DNA of 64,000 nt from Octopus vulgaris (lineage: Eukaryota). Below are positions 26,435-38,874 of the stretch, one piece after another (within the stretch, counting starts at the first letter, position 1; each line of letters begins with the position of its first letter). A program made the translations under genes and the position numbers. The stretch spans positions 3,038,001 to 3,102,000 of the forward strand of contig OX597830.1 of assembly GCA_951406725.2 (NCBI GenBank), written 5' to 3'. The notes beneath the pieces were generated by a model. The model was not told the DNA's origin and ran no database searches. It was given only the letters and a program-made list of their open reading frames with translations.

Positions 26435-29400
26435 GGTGGATTCTCTCATCGAAGATGATGAATGAAGGTTCAGTAAATAACCTTGAACAATTCCTAAGCC
26501 TTGTGACACTACATGTGTACTTTCAATCCAGCAGATGTCTTGCACACTTTCTCGCAAATGGTACACCTGCATGTATTCATTGGTTCAAAATGTCTTCTCA
26601 AGTGGACAGCGAACCCAGCTTTGCTTCGTTCTTTGAACCCACAGTGACACACACAGTCATTGTTTGGTGGATTTTGCTGATGCGTTGCTTTCAAATTTGC
26701 ACGAAGGGCGTCCCTATGATGAAGGCGGTTACTTTCAAATTCTCTAGTCTTTAGAAAACACATTTTCCTCCATTTGCTGCGATCTCCTGCTCCACTCTCC
26801 CAGGAGCTCACAACGCCTCAGATTGTCTTTTAGTTTGTCCTTGTAACGAAGAAGAGGACGCCCTGTTGGACGGGAAGAATTTGTCAATTGCCCATAAAAA
26901 AGCTGCTTTGGAACTCTTGAGTCATCCATTCTTATGAGATGACCAGACCACCACATTTGTATCTTAATCAAAAATGTTTCAATACCAGTGATCTCACACC
27001 TCTCCAGTAACTCACTATTTCGAACATGATCTTGCCATTTAAAGTTGCAAATAGAATGCAGACATCTCATATGGAAGGAATCAAGCTGATTGATATGCTT
27101 GCGATACAAGGACCATGTTTCGGTACCATACAGAAGAGTAGATAAAACAACAGATTTGTAGCGGGCTACTTTTAATTTCAGAGACACATCATGGCTGTTC
27201 CAGAGTCTGTGTCACAACCTACCAAATGCTTCACTTGCTTTACTGATTCTGTTTTGGATATCTTTTTCAAATTTTGCATCATCAGACACAATAGAGCCGA
27301 GGTATGTAAAAGAAGATATTGTTTTCAAAGCTTTACCATCAACATATACCACTGGTTGTGAAGAGGGCAAAGAGTTTGGTTTCGGCTGGTGAATAAGTTC
27401 AGTTTTCGTTATGCTAATTGTAAGACCAAAGGCCTTACATGCATCAGAGAAGCTATTGAGGATGTTCTGCATGTCCTCAAGACTATGGGTGACAAGAGCA
27501 CAGTCATCAGCAAAAAGGAGATCAAGAACAGTCTGCACAAAAGTCCGGGTTTTGGCTTTGAACTGCTGCTGATCGATACTCAACACCTACACCTTCTGAG
27601 GTGTTTTTGAAGGCTGTTTCAAGCATCACTGAAAAGAAAAGAGCAAATAGGATCGGAGCAAGGACACATCCTTGCTTGGTTCCATTTGACACTTCGAATG
27701 GTTCACTTTGTTCGCAGTCAGACCGTACTGATGCCATCATTCCATGATGAAAGGAGACAATCACGTTCTACATCTTGTCTGGAAAACTAAGCTTCCTCAA
27801 AACAGTCCACAGGGCATCCCTGGAGACGGTATCAAATGCCTTAGTGAGATCAACAAAGGTAACAAACAAGTCCTTATTCTGTTCCCTTGCTTTCTCTTGT
27901 AGTTGCCGTAAACTGAAGATCATATCCAGACCAGAAACCACATTGGGTTTCTGGGAGCACAGTTTTACAAATTGAATCATTGAGTCTGTTTAAGATTACA
28001 CGCACTAGAATCTTAAGAGAAATTCCTCTATGGTTATCACACTCTCACATCTATTTCCTTTGTGCTTAAATAGGTGAATAATTGAAGCATCTTTGAACTG
28101 TTGTGGCACGGTACCAAGTTCCCATATTGATGAAAACAGAGCACTTAGTTTCCTGATTAGCAGTTGGCTTCCACATTTGTATATTTCTGCAGGTATCCCA
28201 TCATCACCTGGAGCCTTACCATTTGACAATTGCTTTATAGCCTTTTCGACCTCCGACATGGATGGACTGTCAGCAAGATTCTGAGGAAGATTATCAATCA
28301 CTTCCTGATCCACTGTCGATTCTCTGTTTAAAGCATTGAAAAATGTTCAGCCCAGCACTTAGTAATCTCTTTCTTATCGGTTAGGAGAGTGCCCTCTGAC
28401 AAAAATATTGGAGATGCGCCCTTTGAGATGGAACCAAACACACCTTTGAGATTTTGGTAGAAAGATTTAAAATCGCACTTATCTGCTGCATCTTGTAAGG
28501 CCTGGGCTTTCAACTTCCACCAGTTTTGTTTCATTTCCCGGAGCCGAGATTGTGCCTACTTTTTGGCCATTCGAAAAGCCTTGTGTTTCACTGAAGAATT
28601 TTTGTCAGTAATCCACACATGATGGGTTTGATGCATGTTACTGAGCAAAGGGAGGATGGTTGGATCATTTTCATCAAACCAATCTTGGTTCTTCCTTCGA
28701 ACATATCCTAACGACTCATTGGCAGAGTCACACTGCAGTTTTAAACTCTGACCAAGATGCCTCAATGTCATTCCCACATATAATGGAGGACAGCTTTTCG
28801 TCAGTAACCGTTTGAAACGCCTGCAAGATCTCCTTAACCTTCAACTTGTCCACATCAATTCTCATGATGAGAGAACTACGTTGATTTCGAACAGGGCGTT
28901 TGATTTTCATCTTGATTTTGGAGCAGATTAATTTGTGATCTGACCAACATTTCCCTATATTGTAAGAGCGTGTAAGACTTACATCTTGTCGATCAGAACG
29001 ATGTACAATGACATAGTCAATGAGATGATAATGAGTTGACCGGGGATGCTTCCAACTGGCTTTCTTGAAATTAGGTAGCTGAAAGTGAGCAGAAGATCAA
29101 ACTCACTGCAAAGAGAGAATAAGAGAACACTGTTTGAGTTGACTTTACCAATTCCGTGTGGACCAATGACGTTGCTCCAAGATTGTGTATCACTACCTAC
29201 ACGAGCATTGAAGTCACCTAAGACAAACAGCTTATCTTGACTCGACACCTTGTTAATCTGTTCACGTAAAGAGGAGTAAAAACTTTCTTTTAGCTCATCA
29301 GATGAATTAAGTGTAGGTGCTTAGCAACTCAAAAATGTGGCATATTTGTCTTTTCCAACCGCAACGCGCAAGAACATAAGTCTCTCATTTATATCAACAG

Positions 29401-30306
29401 GCAGGGAGTCAAGATTTTTGGCAATATCACTTCTGATGGCAAAACCAACACCAGATTCACGTTTCTCAGAACTTGCTTTTCCTATCCAATAGAAAGTGTA
29501 CCCACCCTCAACTTCCTCTAACTGTCCTGTATCAGCAAACCTGGTTTTGGAAAGAGCTGCAATACCAATTCTATGATGCTTCAACACACGTGCTATGATA
29601 GCGGTTCTTCGTTCAGGGTTCTTTATGTTATCTTAGAGTGTTCTCACATTCCAAGACACAATGAACATATTTGTTCCATGTATTTTCTTTCTACTTTTGA
29701 TTTGGGTGCAATATTGGATGCCCAGACATCTACACCTGATGACAGGGACAAGAGCAAGCAAGCAATGTTTAGGTCATCTTTTATAGACCCCTCCCCATGA
29801 AGAGGAAAGCAGTGCCATCCTAAAAAGGGCTGCTTTGTTATGAAAGGAGGACACGAGTCACACAATTACTTGCAGGTGTTGTGCAAAACGGCGACCTACC
29901 TTCTACCACCAATGTGCAATGTTCATGTTAGGAACTACCAGTGACATCCTTCACCTCTTCCCGTCACAATCCCATCATCGCCATAGGATTTAATAAAGAA
30001 AAAAATAAACATCGATGCTCCAAACCTCGGGTGTTATTGAGTGAAAGTGGTTTACTGAACAACCGGCACTTTGACTTGTTTAAAGTGGTCATTGCTTGTG
30101 CTGAACAAAGCACACTCTCTCCATCGAATTAACATGGTCTGTACAGGTGCACGGTGTGCCACACGTCAGATGATAAAACGATCGCAGGATTTTCTTGTAA
30201 GAGTGTTCCGTCTCCTAGATCAGTTGTGAGAGTCAGCACTAAAGGGTCTGATCCACCCTGGTAGGCTTTCTGTGCGCCTGGGCACCATACCAGGTATTTC
30301 TAGATC
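26435..30306 (-). mobile_element. Full-length, frameshifted RTE/BovB-type LINE with 12-bp TSD
   Basis: APE endonuclease (ESGVGFAI, LGDFNARVG), RT (KAPGDDGIPAE, FVDLTKAFDTV, GTKQGCVLAP, LFADDCAL, FTYLGS), C-terminal C2H2 fingers and ~0.65-kb 5' UTR; TSD ctctctgtatat at 26423-26434 and 30307-30318. Confidence 0.93.
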
Positions 30307-30309
30307 CTC

Positions 30310-30362
<53 letters not shown>

Positions 30363-31537
30363 CTGTGTCTGTTCCCCCCACAATTGTTTGACAACCAATG
30401 TTGGTGCGTTTATGTCCCTGTGTTCAGCAAAAGAGACCAATAGAATAAGTACAATGCTTACAAAGAATAAGTCCTGGGGTCAATTTCTTTGAATAAAAGG
30501 TGGTGCTCCAACATGGCCACAGTCAAATGACTGAAACAAGTAAAAGTATCTCTTCATTAAAACAAGAGTGATGAAAAATGCTACAAAACCAAAATATCTA
30601 AAAATCAAGGAAATTATTTGGAATTAGTGCTTTGTGAATCAAATACCAATTTGTAACGCCTTTAAAATCATTTATTAACAAACATGCCACATGTCTGATG
30701 CATGGCATTATCATAGAACATCACACTTCTATTCAGCCCCTACCTGGGGAGTCCACCCCAACACATCCTCATCTCTATTTTATCCCTTTCTGGCTCCACC
30801 GTGGTTACTCTTTCACCACCATCTCTTTTATAATTGGGGGAGACATTTAGCCCCTCTACAGAGGTCTCTTCCTCATGCTTTATCCCTTCATCTCTTAACA
30901 TAAAGCAACCTCTTTCTCTGCTATTGCTCAACTCAATTGATGAGGATCTTAGTCTCACAAACTGTTCAGTGACATCACTGGTGCTGGTGCCACATAAACA
31001 AGCATCCACTACATGTATTTAGGGCTAAGAAGGGTGTCCAGCTATAAAAAAAAACCAAACCAAAGCAAACCTTGGTGCACAGCGTAATCCTCTAACTAGT
31101 TGTATCCAGTCAAAGTATCCAACTCATTATCAGGTGAGCAGAGGGATGTTAAGAAATGATGATGATGATGATAATGATGGTGGTGGTGGTGGTGGTGGTA
31201 GTGGTGATGAGGATGACAACAGTGATGAGGATGATGATCTTAATCACCGTCCACAGGAAGTCTTTCATTTTCAAATGACACCGATTCAACCTCTAGATGC
31301 ATTTGATCAAATTCCTGTTCATCGTCATCAGAACCTTCCAAAATTTGCAACATTGCATCAGTTGCGAATGGATTAAGCTTCTGTCTCATTTTCCTGGAAT
31401 TATTCAGCTGTGATGAGTTTCATGGTTGGTAAAAAAAGTTCAAAATAAAACCCAGGCAAATTGTTTACGAATGCCTTCTTGCTAGTTGTAAGCAGACATT
31501 AGTAAACCATTTAATTGTGCACTGATATCCTTACAAT

Positions 31538-31649
31538 GGTCGGTCAGCCGGTCGGTCGGTCAGCCGGTCGGTCGGTCAGCCGGTCGGTCGGTCAGCCGGT
31601 CGGTCAGTCAGCCGGTCGGTCGGTCAGCCGGTCGGTCGGTCAGTTGGTC
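31538..31649 (+). repeat. CpG-rich (CGGT)n-based 16-bp tandem repeat
   Basis: About 7 units of cggtcggtcggtcagc and variants. Confidence 0.95.
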
Positions 31650-32879
31650 TATTCTTTGTTTGATGATCTTAAAATGGGGTTCGCTAATTCCTGCCATATC
31701 AAATATTTGGAAGAACATCAAGTTGTAAATTTCAAGTAAAGCAAGATTATGGACTGAGTGTGTTAAGAAAGAGAGAAAAACAAGGAAAACTTACTTTACT
31801 TATTTAAAATTTGGTGTTAATTGCAAATTAATTATTTTGACCAGATACTCAGCTAATAGCCTCATTTGAATTGTTACATTTTGTTCCAGTAGTCAAATTT
31901 CTTATCAGCCCTCCTGTCATTGGCTCCAAGACATTTTATGCCTGATACTTCCATAGTTCATGTAGCAACACTAAAGTTACAATGACCTAATATGGTATTA
32001 TTACTTTGATAAGAAGTTGTCTTTTGGGAAAACTTTTGCAAGAATTTCTGTCATGTGACTTATGACTGTCAAAGAAGATACTGTTCATATTTCTGCTTCA
32101 TTTGGGAACAAATCTGTGAAAACATTTGTTTATTTCTGTGATATTTCCTTCATTTCACAACAATAATATCAGATTCCTGTCAAAATTATTCCTTTTTTTT
32201 CAATATCAGTATTCCGTTCTAATAAATCTTTCCATTTACAATGTTTATTATTAATGACAATAAAATTATTTCTGATTTAACTCCATTCTTTTTTTCCACC
32301 TACTAAAGAATCCTTCAATTTAAATTTGGATTAACCTTCAAATTCTTTGATTCAATTATTTTCCCTCAAGATTTTTCCAAACAATTTCACTTCTTGACAT
32401 TGAACAGTTAGGATTTACTTAATCTTTACCATTATACGTCTTCACAGCTAAGCTTGAGCGATAGGCTTTATAGTCACTGCAATACAGATACAACTTAAAA
32501 ACATTTCTGATAACCAACAAGACAGCTGTTTGAAAAGTAATCCTAAATTTAACTTAGTTAATTCATTATATTCTTATATCTAAAAAAAACAAAAGAAAAA
32601 CAACATTAAAACAACCAAACTGATTAAAGGATAATTAAATCAAATTGCTTGTTAATTCAGCAATGACTACATAAACAGGTTTTATAGTTTTATATTTGCT
32701 AACTGCTTTTAATGGATTGTATGGAAGCTGCTATTTATTCCAGTCAATCTCTGTTTGTTAAACAGCTAAGCTAAGAGATATTTATATATATATATATACA
32801 TATGTATATATGTGTGTGTTTATACACATACATACATACATACAGACACACACATATATATATATAGATACATGCACAT

Positions 32880-32943
<64 letters not shown>

Positions 32944-32997
32944 GTATATATCTATCTATCTATATCTATCTATCTATCTATATATATATATATATAT

Positions 32998-33077
<80 letters not shown>

Positions 33078-33079
<2 letters not shown>

Positions 33080-33305
33080 ATAGAAATGGTAAGACAACAA
33101 AAGAATGAAAGAGACCTCGATATTATCTAAATAGAGAATTTATCTGTAATACAATATGTGACAATTATTCGGTTGCCAAAATAAGACTCCAAGTTTTGAT
33201 TGCCTCAATAACTGACGAGGTGCTGGAGCAGTTTTCCGCCCCAACATCTGAAACTTGGAGTCTTATTAGGGCAGCTGAATAATTGTCACATATTATATTA
33301 CAGTT
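33078..33305. mobile_element. Fold-back Penelope-like element inside (TA)n
   Basis: Inverted arms 33144-33198 and 33251-33303; TA repeats on both sides; contains a hammerhead motif. Confidence 0.8.
33207..33267 (+). ncRNA. Type-I hammerhead ribozyme motif, core intact
   Basis: aataa-CTGACGA-ggtgctggagc...gccccaacatc-t-GAAA-C-ttgga-GTC-ttatt; stem I aataa/ttatt; GUC cleavage triplet at 33260-33262. Confidence 0.75.
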
Positions 33306-33432
33306 ATATATATATGTATGTATGTATATACATGCTTGTATATATATATATATATATATATACAAATACATATATATACATATACATACATATGTATATG
33401 TACATACATATATATATATATATCTTTATATA

Positions 33433-34045
33433 TATTGGGTTGTCCGGAAAGTTTGTGCCGATTTTTAAAGGAAAGAAAAAGGTCAATAGATACTTGCCAT
33501 TACATTTTTAATCAACCAAATATGAACCATTTTGTTGCACAATGCGTCTCCATCTTTCCTTCAACTTGAAAATACCCTCTTCCCAGAATTGCGGTGGTTT
33601 TATGGCAAAGAATTCATCAAGGTATCTTTTTGCGTCATCCAAGGAATTGAAATTTTTACCATTAAGACTATTCTGCAGAGACCTGAATGAGTGGAAATCC
33701 GAAGGGGCAATATCTGGTGAATATGGAGGGTGGGGTAACACATCCCAGCCAAGCTGCAGCAACTTTTGCCTGGTTCCCAAAGGAACATGTGGTCTTGCAT
33801 TATCATGTTGGAAAACAACACCCTTCCTGTTTGCCAATTCTGGACGTTTCTCTTGAATTGCTGCTTTTAACTTGTTCAGTTGTGTGCAGTATTTCTCAGA
33901 ATCAATTATCTGGTTATTTGGGAGAAGCTCATAGTACAGAATTCCTTTCCAATCCCACCAGACACAAAGCAAGACTTTTTTAGGGTGAAGATCCGCTTTT
34001 GGGTTGGCTAAGGGTGGCTCATGTCGCTTACTCCAGGATTGCTTT
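33433..34045 (-). mobile_element. 5'-truncated mariner transposon (catalytic-domain fragment)
   Basis: ORF 33508..33972: LCVWWDWKGILYYELL, FQHDNARPH, HPPYSPDIAPSDFH; TIR ttgggttgtccggaaagtttgtgccg abutting TA. Confidence 0.93.
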
Positions 34046-34660
34046 CTCTGAACATTTTGGTAGATAATCTATTTCTCATCACCTGTCACAATTTGCTTTT
34101 GTCCAGCAAGCTAACAATTCTTTTCTACTCTAGGCATAAGGCCCAAACTTTTGGGAGAGGGTCCAGTCGATTTGATCAACCCCTATATGCAACTGGTACT
34201 TAATTTAGCAACCCCGAAAGGATGAAAGGCAATGTCAACCTCAGTGGAATTTGAACTCAGAATGTAAAGACAGATGAAATACTGCCAAGCATCTTGCCCA
34301 GCATGATAACATCTCTACTAGCTCTCTGCCCTTTATGCAAGATACATATTAACCATTCGAAAACACTTAAAGACTCTTAACTTGACTTAAACATTTATTA
34401 TTAGAGGTCAAAATTGTCATTGCTTGAAATTGTGTCCTGGCCATGGACATGGTTCCACTGCAATTAATAATTAATTAATTGATTATTGAAGCATATTGGG
34501 CCAGAATCTATAAACTGGTTTCACAAACTCATCTGGTTCCTGGTGTGATATCACTGAGCAGTAACTCAGGAAGCTGTCTTCTGCTGCAGCCTTCAATTGA
34601 CCAGTTTTTGTGTTGGAATTCATCGCATATAAATTGAATGCCTACAAACACCAGAGAAGG

Positions 34661-35197
34661 TGTTTATAGGGTTTAATAATAATCATTCTTTTGATATATA
34701 ACAGTTATTGATTTCCTCAAAGGATTCAGGATGAGAATTCTTGCAAAACAAATAAAAAAAATCTGTGTATATGTATGCATGCATTGTTTTATGTATGTAC
34801 ATCAATATCTATATATATGTGGGTATATATGTATGTTGTATGTATGTTGTGTGTGAAGGCATATATACATACACACACATATGCATACTCATGTACATAT
34901 GCATACATATACATATATATATATATATACACACACATATATGTGTATAGATATACACATCTATGTACATATTTATATATATATATATATATTTATATAT
35001 ACTTATATATACATATATATATATACCTATATGTATGTATATATATATATACACACATACACGTGTGTGTGTGTGTGAATGCTTATGTAAAAGTTTTGAA
35101 TTTGTTTTGTGAGAACTTTGATGTGTAACCCTTTGTTGAAACCAATAACTCTCTTATATATCAGAAGAAAGATTCTTCATTAAACCCCATAAACACA
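34661..35197. mobile_element. Diverged inverted-repeat element enclosing a microsatellite
   Basis: 34661-34722 is roughly the reverse complement of 35129-35197; adjacent hairpin cagttattgtttg/caaacaataactg at ~35203-35236. Confidence 0.5.
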
Positions 35198-36404
35198 CAC
35201 AGCAGTTATTGTTTGTCAATAAACAAACAATAACTGGTGTTTATGGGCTTTGCTGACATGACTCCTTCAAAATATGATTGATAAATGAGCGTGGACATGC
35301 TGTGTGTGTGTGTGTGTGTGCATGCGTGTGTGTACGTGTCTTTACTGGTGTAAATAAAGAGTGCTCAGTTGTGTCTCTTTCAGCCAAAAAACTAACTTAG
35401 CGATTTCATCAGGAGAGATCAATAAAATAAGTACAAGGAAGAAATATATACTAAAGGTCCATATGATTGGGCTCCAGCATGGCCACAATTTCATAGTAGA
35501 AGTAAGTTAAAAATCATGACAATTGTCTAGCAGACATTAAACTGGGTATATACCCCCCCCCCCGCTCACATCAAGGTAATGTGTTTTGTACCAAAGAAGT
35601 TTTATTCTAAAGTTTCCTTCCTGGTTTCTAAAGAAGATGCCATAGATGCTGTCTGGTCTGGTTGTAATAAAAGGAAAGAAAAAAATTACATCAGGTATTT
35701 ATTTTTTTAAAAATTAATTTAGATTTATTTATTTGACAAGTCAAAGAGTATAATAAATAGGTTTCATGTTGTAAGAAAAGCGACACTTTTATGAGAAATT
35801 CACCCAGAATATTCACGTAAACAAATTTAATGTCTGGAAAATAAAAAAATTTAAAAACTAAAAAAATGGCTAAGGTGTGATTCAGAATAAAGTAAAGAAA
35901 ATAGATGCATACAAATATATGTGTAAAGAAGTTCTGTGAAAGTCTTGTGCTAACCAAAAATTTAGAAATAATGATTTTCTGTATTTCATGTCTAACATAC
36001 ATCAATGTTTTCTCTCCTTCATCAATAAATGCAATACGAAAGTATTACATCCAAATAAATGTAATACATTGACCCTACATCATCACTGTTGTGTCTCTGA
36101 GCGTTTCAGGTGTGGTATCCAGGAAACCAACAGAGATTGATCAAGCATCTACCTGTGTTCATTCTTTTCATCTTCACTGGTCACCTCCTGGAAATTGTCC
36201 AGTGTTGTCCATCTGAACTCCTGGGAGAAATCTTACCCAGGATTCAACAACAACAGTTTCAAATTATCTAAAGGTCTCAATCCAGCTTTAAATTAAACCA
36301 AAGTGATGAGTGCAACTATAAAAATTACACACACACACACAAACAAACAAATGCACACATGCAAGCATGCATGCATACATATGGATATAAATACATCTAT
36401 CAGT

Positions 36405-36594
36405 ATGGGGTGACCAAAAAGTCAGGACAAATAAATGAGTTTAAATTGAATGAAATGTGGAGTAACTGCAATGGGTTAATGGGAATCTTGCAAAGTGCAT
36501 CAAACTTTGTTTCACTAATGGTGGAACCATATTGAAAGGAAATTATTGAAAATATGCATTTCCACCCGTGGAGCTACATTTTATGGTCACCCTG
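36405..36594. mobile_element. Tc1/mariner-type MITE, old
   Basis: Imperfect TIRs ggggtgaccaaaaa ... ttttatggtcaccctg. Confidence 0.5.
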
Positions 36595-36724
36595 TGTATG
36601 TGTGTATATATACGTGTATATATATATATTTATGAATGTATGTATTTATATATATAATTATATAGGAAAATTGAATAAGGAGACAAACGCTCAGGATGTT
36701 GTTAACCCATGTATATCTTGAAGT

Positions 36725-36809
36725 CTTCTACATATGTTTCAATAGATGTACTCCAAAAATGTCTGACAGGATAGATTATGGTCAGCAATGCATCAATCTC
36801 ATCAGGAAG
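36725..36809 (-). ncRNA. Type-I hammerhead ribozyme motif, canonical core
   Basis: Minus strand: cttc-CTGATGA-gattgatgca...(ctgac/gtcag hairpin)...tacatctatt-GAAA-C-ATAT-GTA-gaag; palindromic ATAT loop III; host element starts after a TA-rich tract near 36660. Confidence 0.8.
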
Positions 36810-37234
36810 GATATAAATGATAAACTCATCAAACAGTACTCATTCAATTGGACTCTTTTGCTGAAACACTAACTCATGGTGACATAAACACACCAACTTC
36901 AGTTGTCAAGCGATGGTGGTGGTGGTGATGGTGGTGGGGAAACACAGACACAAATACATACACCCCTACCACACATATATATACAGTAAGCTTGTTTCAG
37001 CTTGTCTACCAAATCCACTCACAAGGGCTTGGTCAGCCCGAGGGTATAGTAGAAGACACTTACCCAAGGTGCAATGCAATGGGACTGAACCCAGAACCAT
37101 TTGGTTGGGAAGCAAGCTTCTTACTACACAGCCACTCCTATGCCTCATATATATATATATCTTTTAAGTTGATTTCTGGGAAATATTTAGAAAATACATA
37201 TAAAAGCTATTCTATTATGCTGGCTAACAGTTGA

Positions 37235-37757
37235 AGGAATCCGGGGTAGTGGTAGACCCAGGAAGATATGGGATGAGATAGTGAAGCATGAACTTCGATC
37301 GTTGGACCTCCAATGACAAAAGACTCTGGAGATATGTTGTGACTATGAAGACCCAGCAAATAAAGTGAGTTCACGGCTGTATCTTATACTAGTTTTGCAT
37401 AAGCAGCCCCAGTCCCATTCAAAAGTACCTTGGATCATAAGGTGACCTGCGGTGCTTGAGGAGACCTATTGAGTCAAGTACATCAGCATCAAAATGAAAA
37501 TCAAATGAAAATTGTAGTTGTGATACCCATGCCTGTGGCACGTAAAAAGCACCAACCGACCGTGGCCATTGCCAGCCTGCTCTGGCACGTAAAAAGCACT
37601 CTCGGAGTGGTTGCCATTAGGAAGGGTATCCAGCTGTAGAAACACTGCCAGATCAGACTGGAGCCTGGTGCAGCCTCCTGGCTTCCCAGACTCCAGTCAA
37701 ATTGTCCAACCCATGCTAACATGAAAAGCAGACGTTAAATGACGATGATGATGATGC
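37235..37757 (+). mobile_element. RTE LINE 3' fragment (ORF end plus tail)
   Basis: GRPRKIWDEIVKHELR homologous to 49255-49310, then the shared 3' UTR and (GAT)n tail. Confidence 0.85.
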
Positions 37758-37855
37758 TGAAATCTAATAATGCCGACTGGGGATACCCGATTCTTGCGGT
37801 TGCACTGAGCTGAGCTGAGATAATGTAGGATAAATATAGTAATGGTAATATAATT

Positions 37856-37991
37856 CTTGGATGAAGTTTATGAATATTTTAATGCATCGCTACAGGCTTC
37901 TACAAATTACACAGAGTATGATCTTAAGAACCATGTGATTTGTGGAAACGTGCGTAGCGATGCTTTAACATATTTATAAATTCCATCCAAG
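37856..37991. mobile_element. Palindromic remnant with hammerhead 3' half
   Basis: Imperfect arms cttggatgaagtttatgaat...catcgctac / gtagcgatg...atttataaattccatccaag; includes GAAA-C-gtgc-GTA-gcga. Confidence 0.55.
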
Positions 37992-38874
37992 CATCGTGTG
38001 TGTAAAAGGTTTTCTTTTTTTTACTGTTTCCATTTACCTAATCTCTTCATAAGCATTGGTCACTATGGGCCAAGAGTAGAAGACTCTTGTCCAAAGTGTT
38101 CTGTACTCCATAGTCAAACTTAACATAAAACCACATGGTCAGAAAAGAAATGTCTAAACTGCACATCCATTCTTTCATGGATCAATAGTGATCCATGAAT
38201 TTTTTCTCTTAATTTTGAGGTAATTAGAAACTAATTTGTTTCTAGAACATTAATAATCATTAAATATTGTAAATTACTAACAGATTAAACCAATGCTATT
38301 TACATTTTGGGAGCAAGTGGCACTGTCTGTCACATAATAGTTATTGGTATTACCAACACACAAATAAGGATTGGGTGTTGGTTCATTTCTTACTTTGGAA
38401 CATAACCCTCAACTTACTTATTCATTCAGTATGATGTATGCTTTTTTTGTGAATTACATGTTTACCTTAAGGAAACTCACAAAACTCTCTCTTAATTCTC
38501 CCAGAACGACATGTATCTGCCAGTCACTGTGTATGTAAGCATGCATATATATATATATGTATATCCTAATTAGGGAGAGAGTATATATACATACATATAT
38601 ATATATATACATACATATATATATTAATAAATAAAACATATGCATATATATATTAATAAATAAAACATATGCATATATATATATACATATATGTACGTAC
38701 CTACCTCTACATGTATATATACACGCATATATGAGTACAAGACACCAAAATAAATGTCGAATACAATGAGAAACGAAAACAGACACAAACACAAGGAACT
38801 GGACATTTTTTCTTAAACAACAAAAAAATAGAGTACAGGACAAATAACACAAGGAAAAAAACCCCTTCTTCAGT

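Noticed and set aside
33508-33972. Domesticated SETMAR-like gene
   Set aside because: Bounded by a TIR, 5'-truncated, no SET domain; an ordinary mariner relic.
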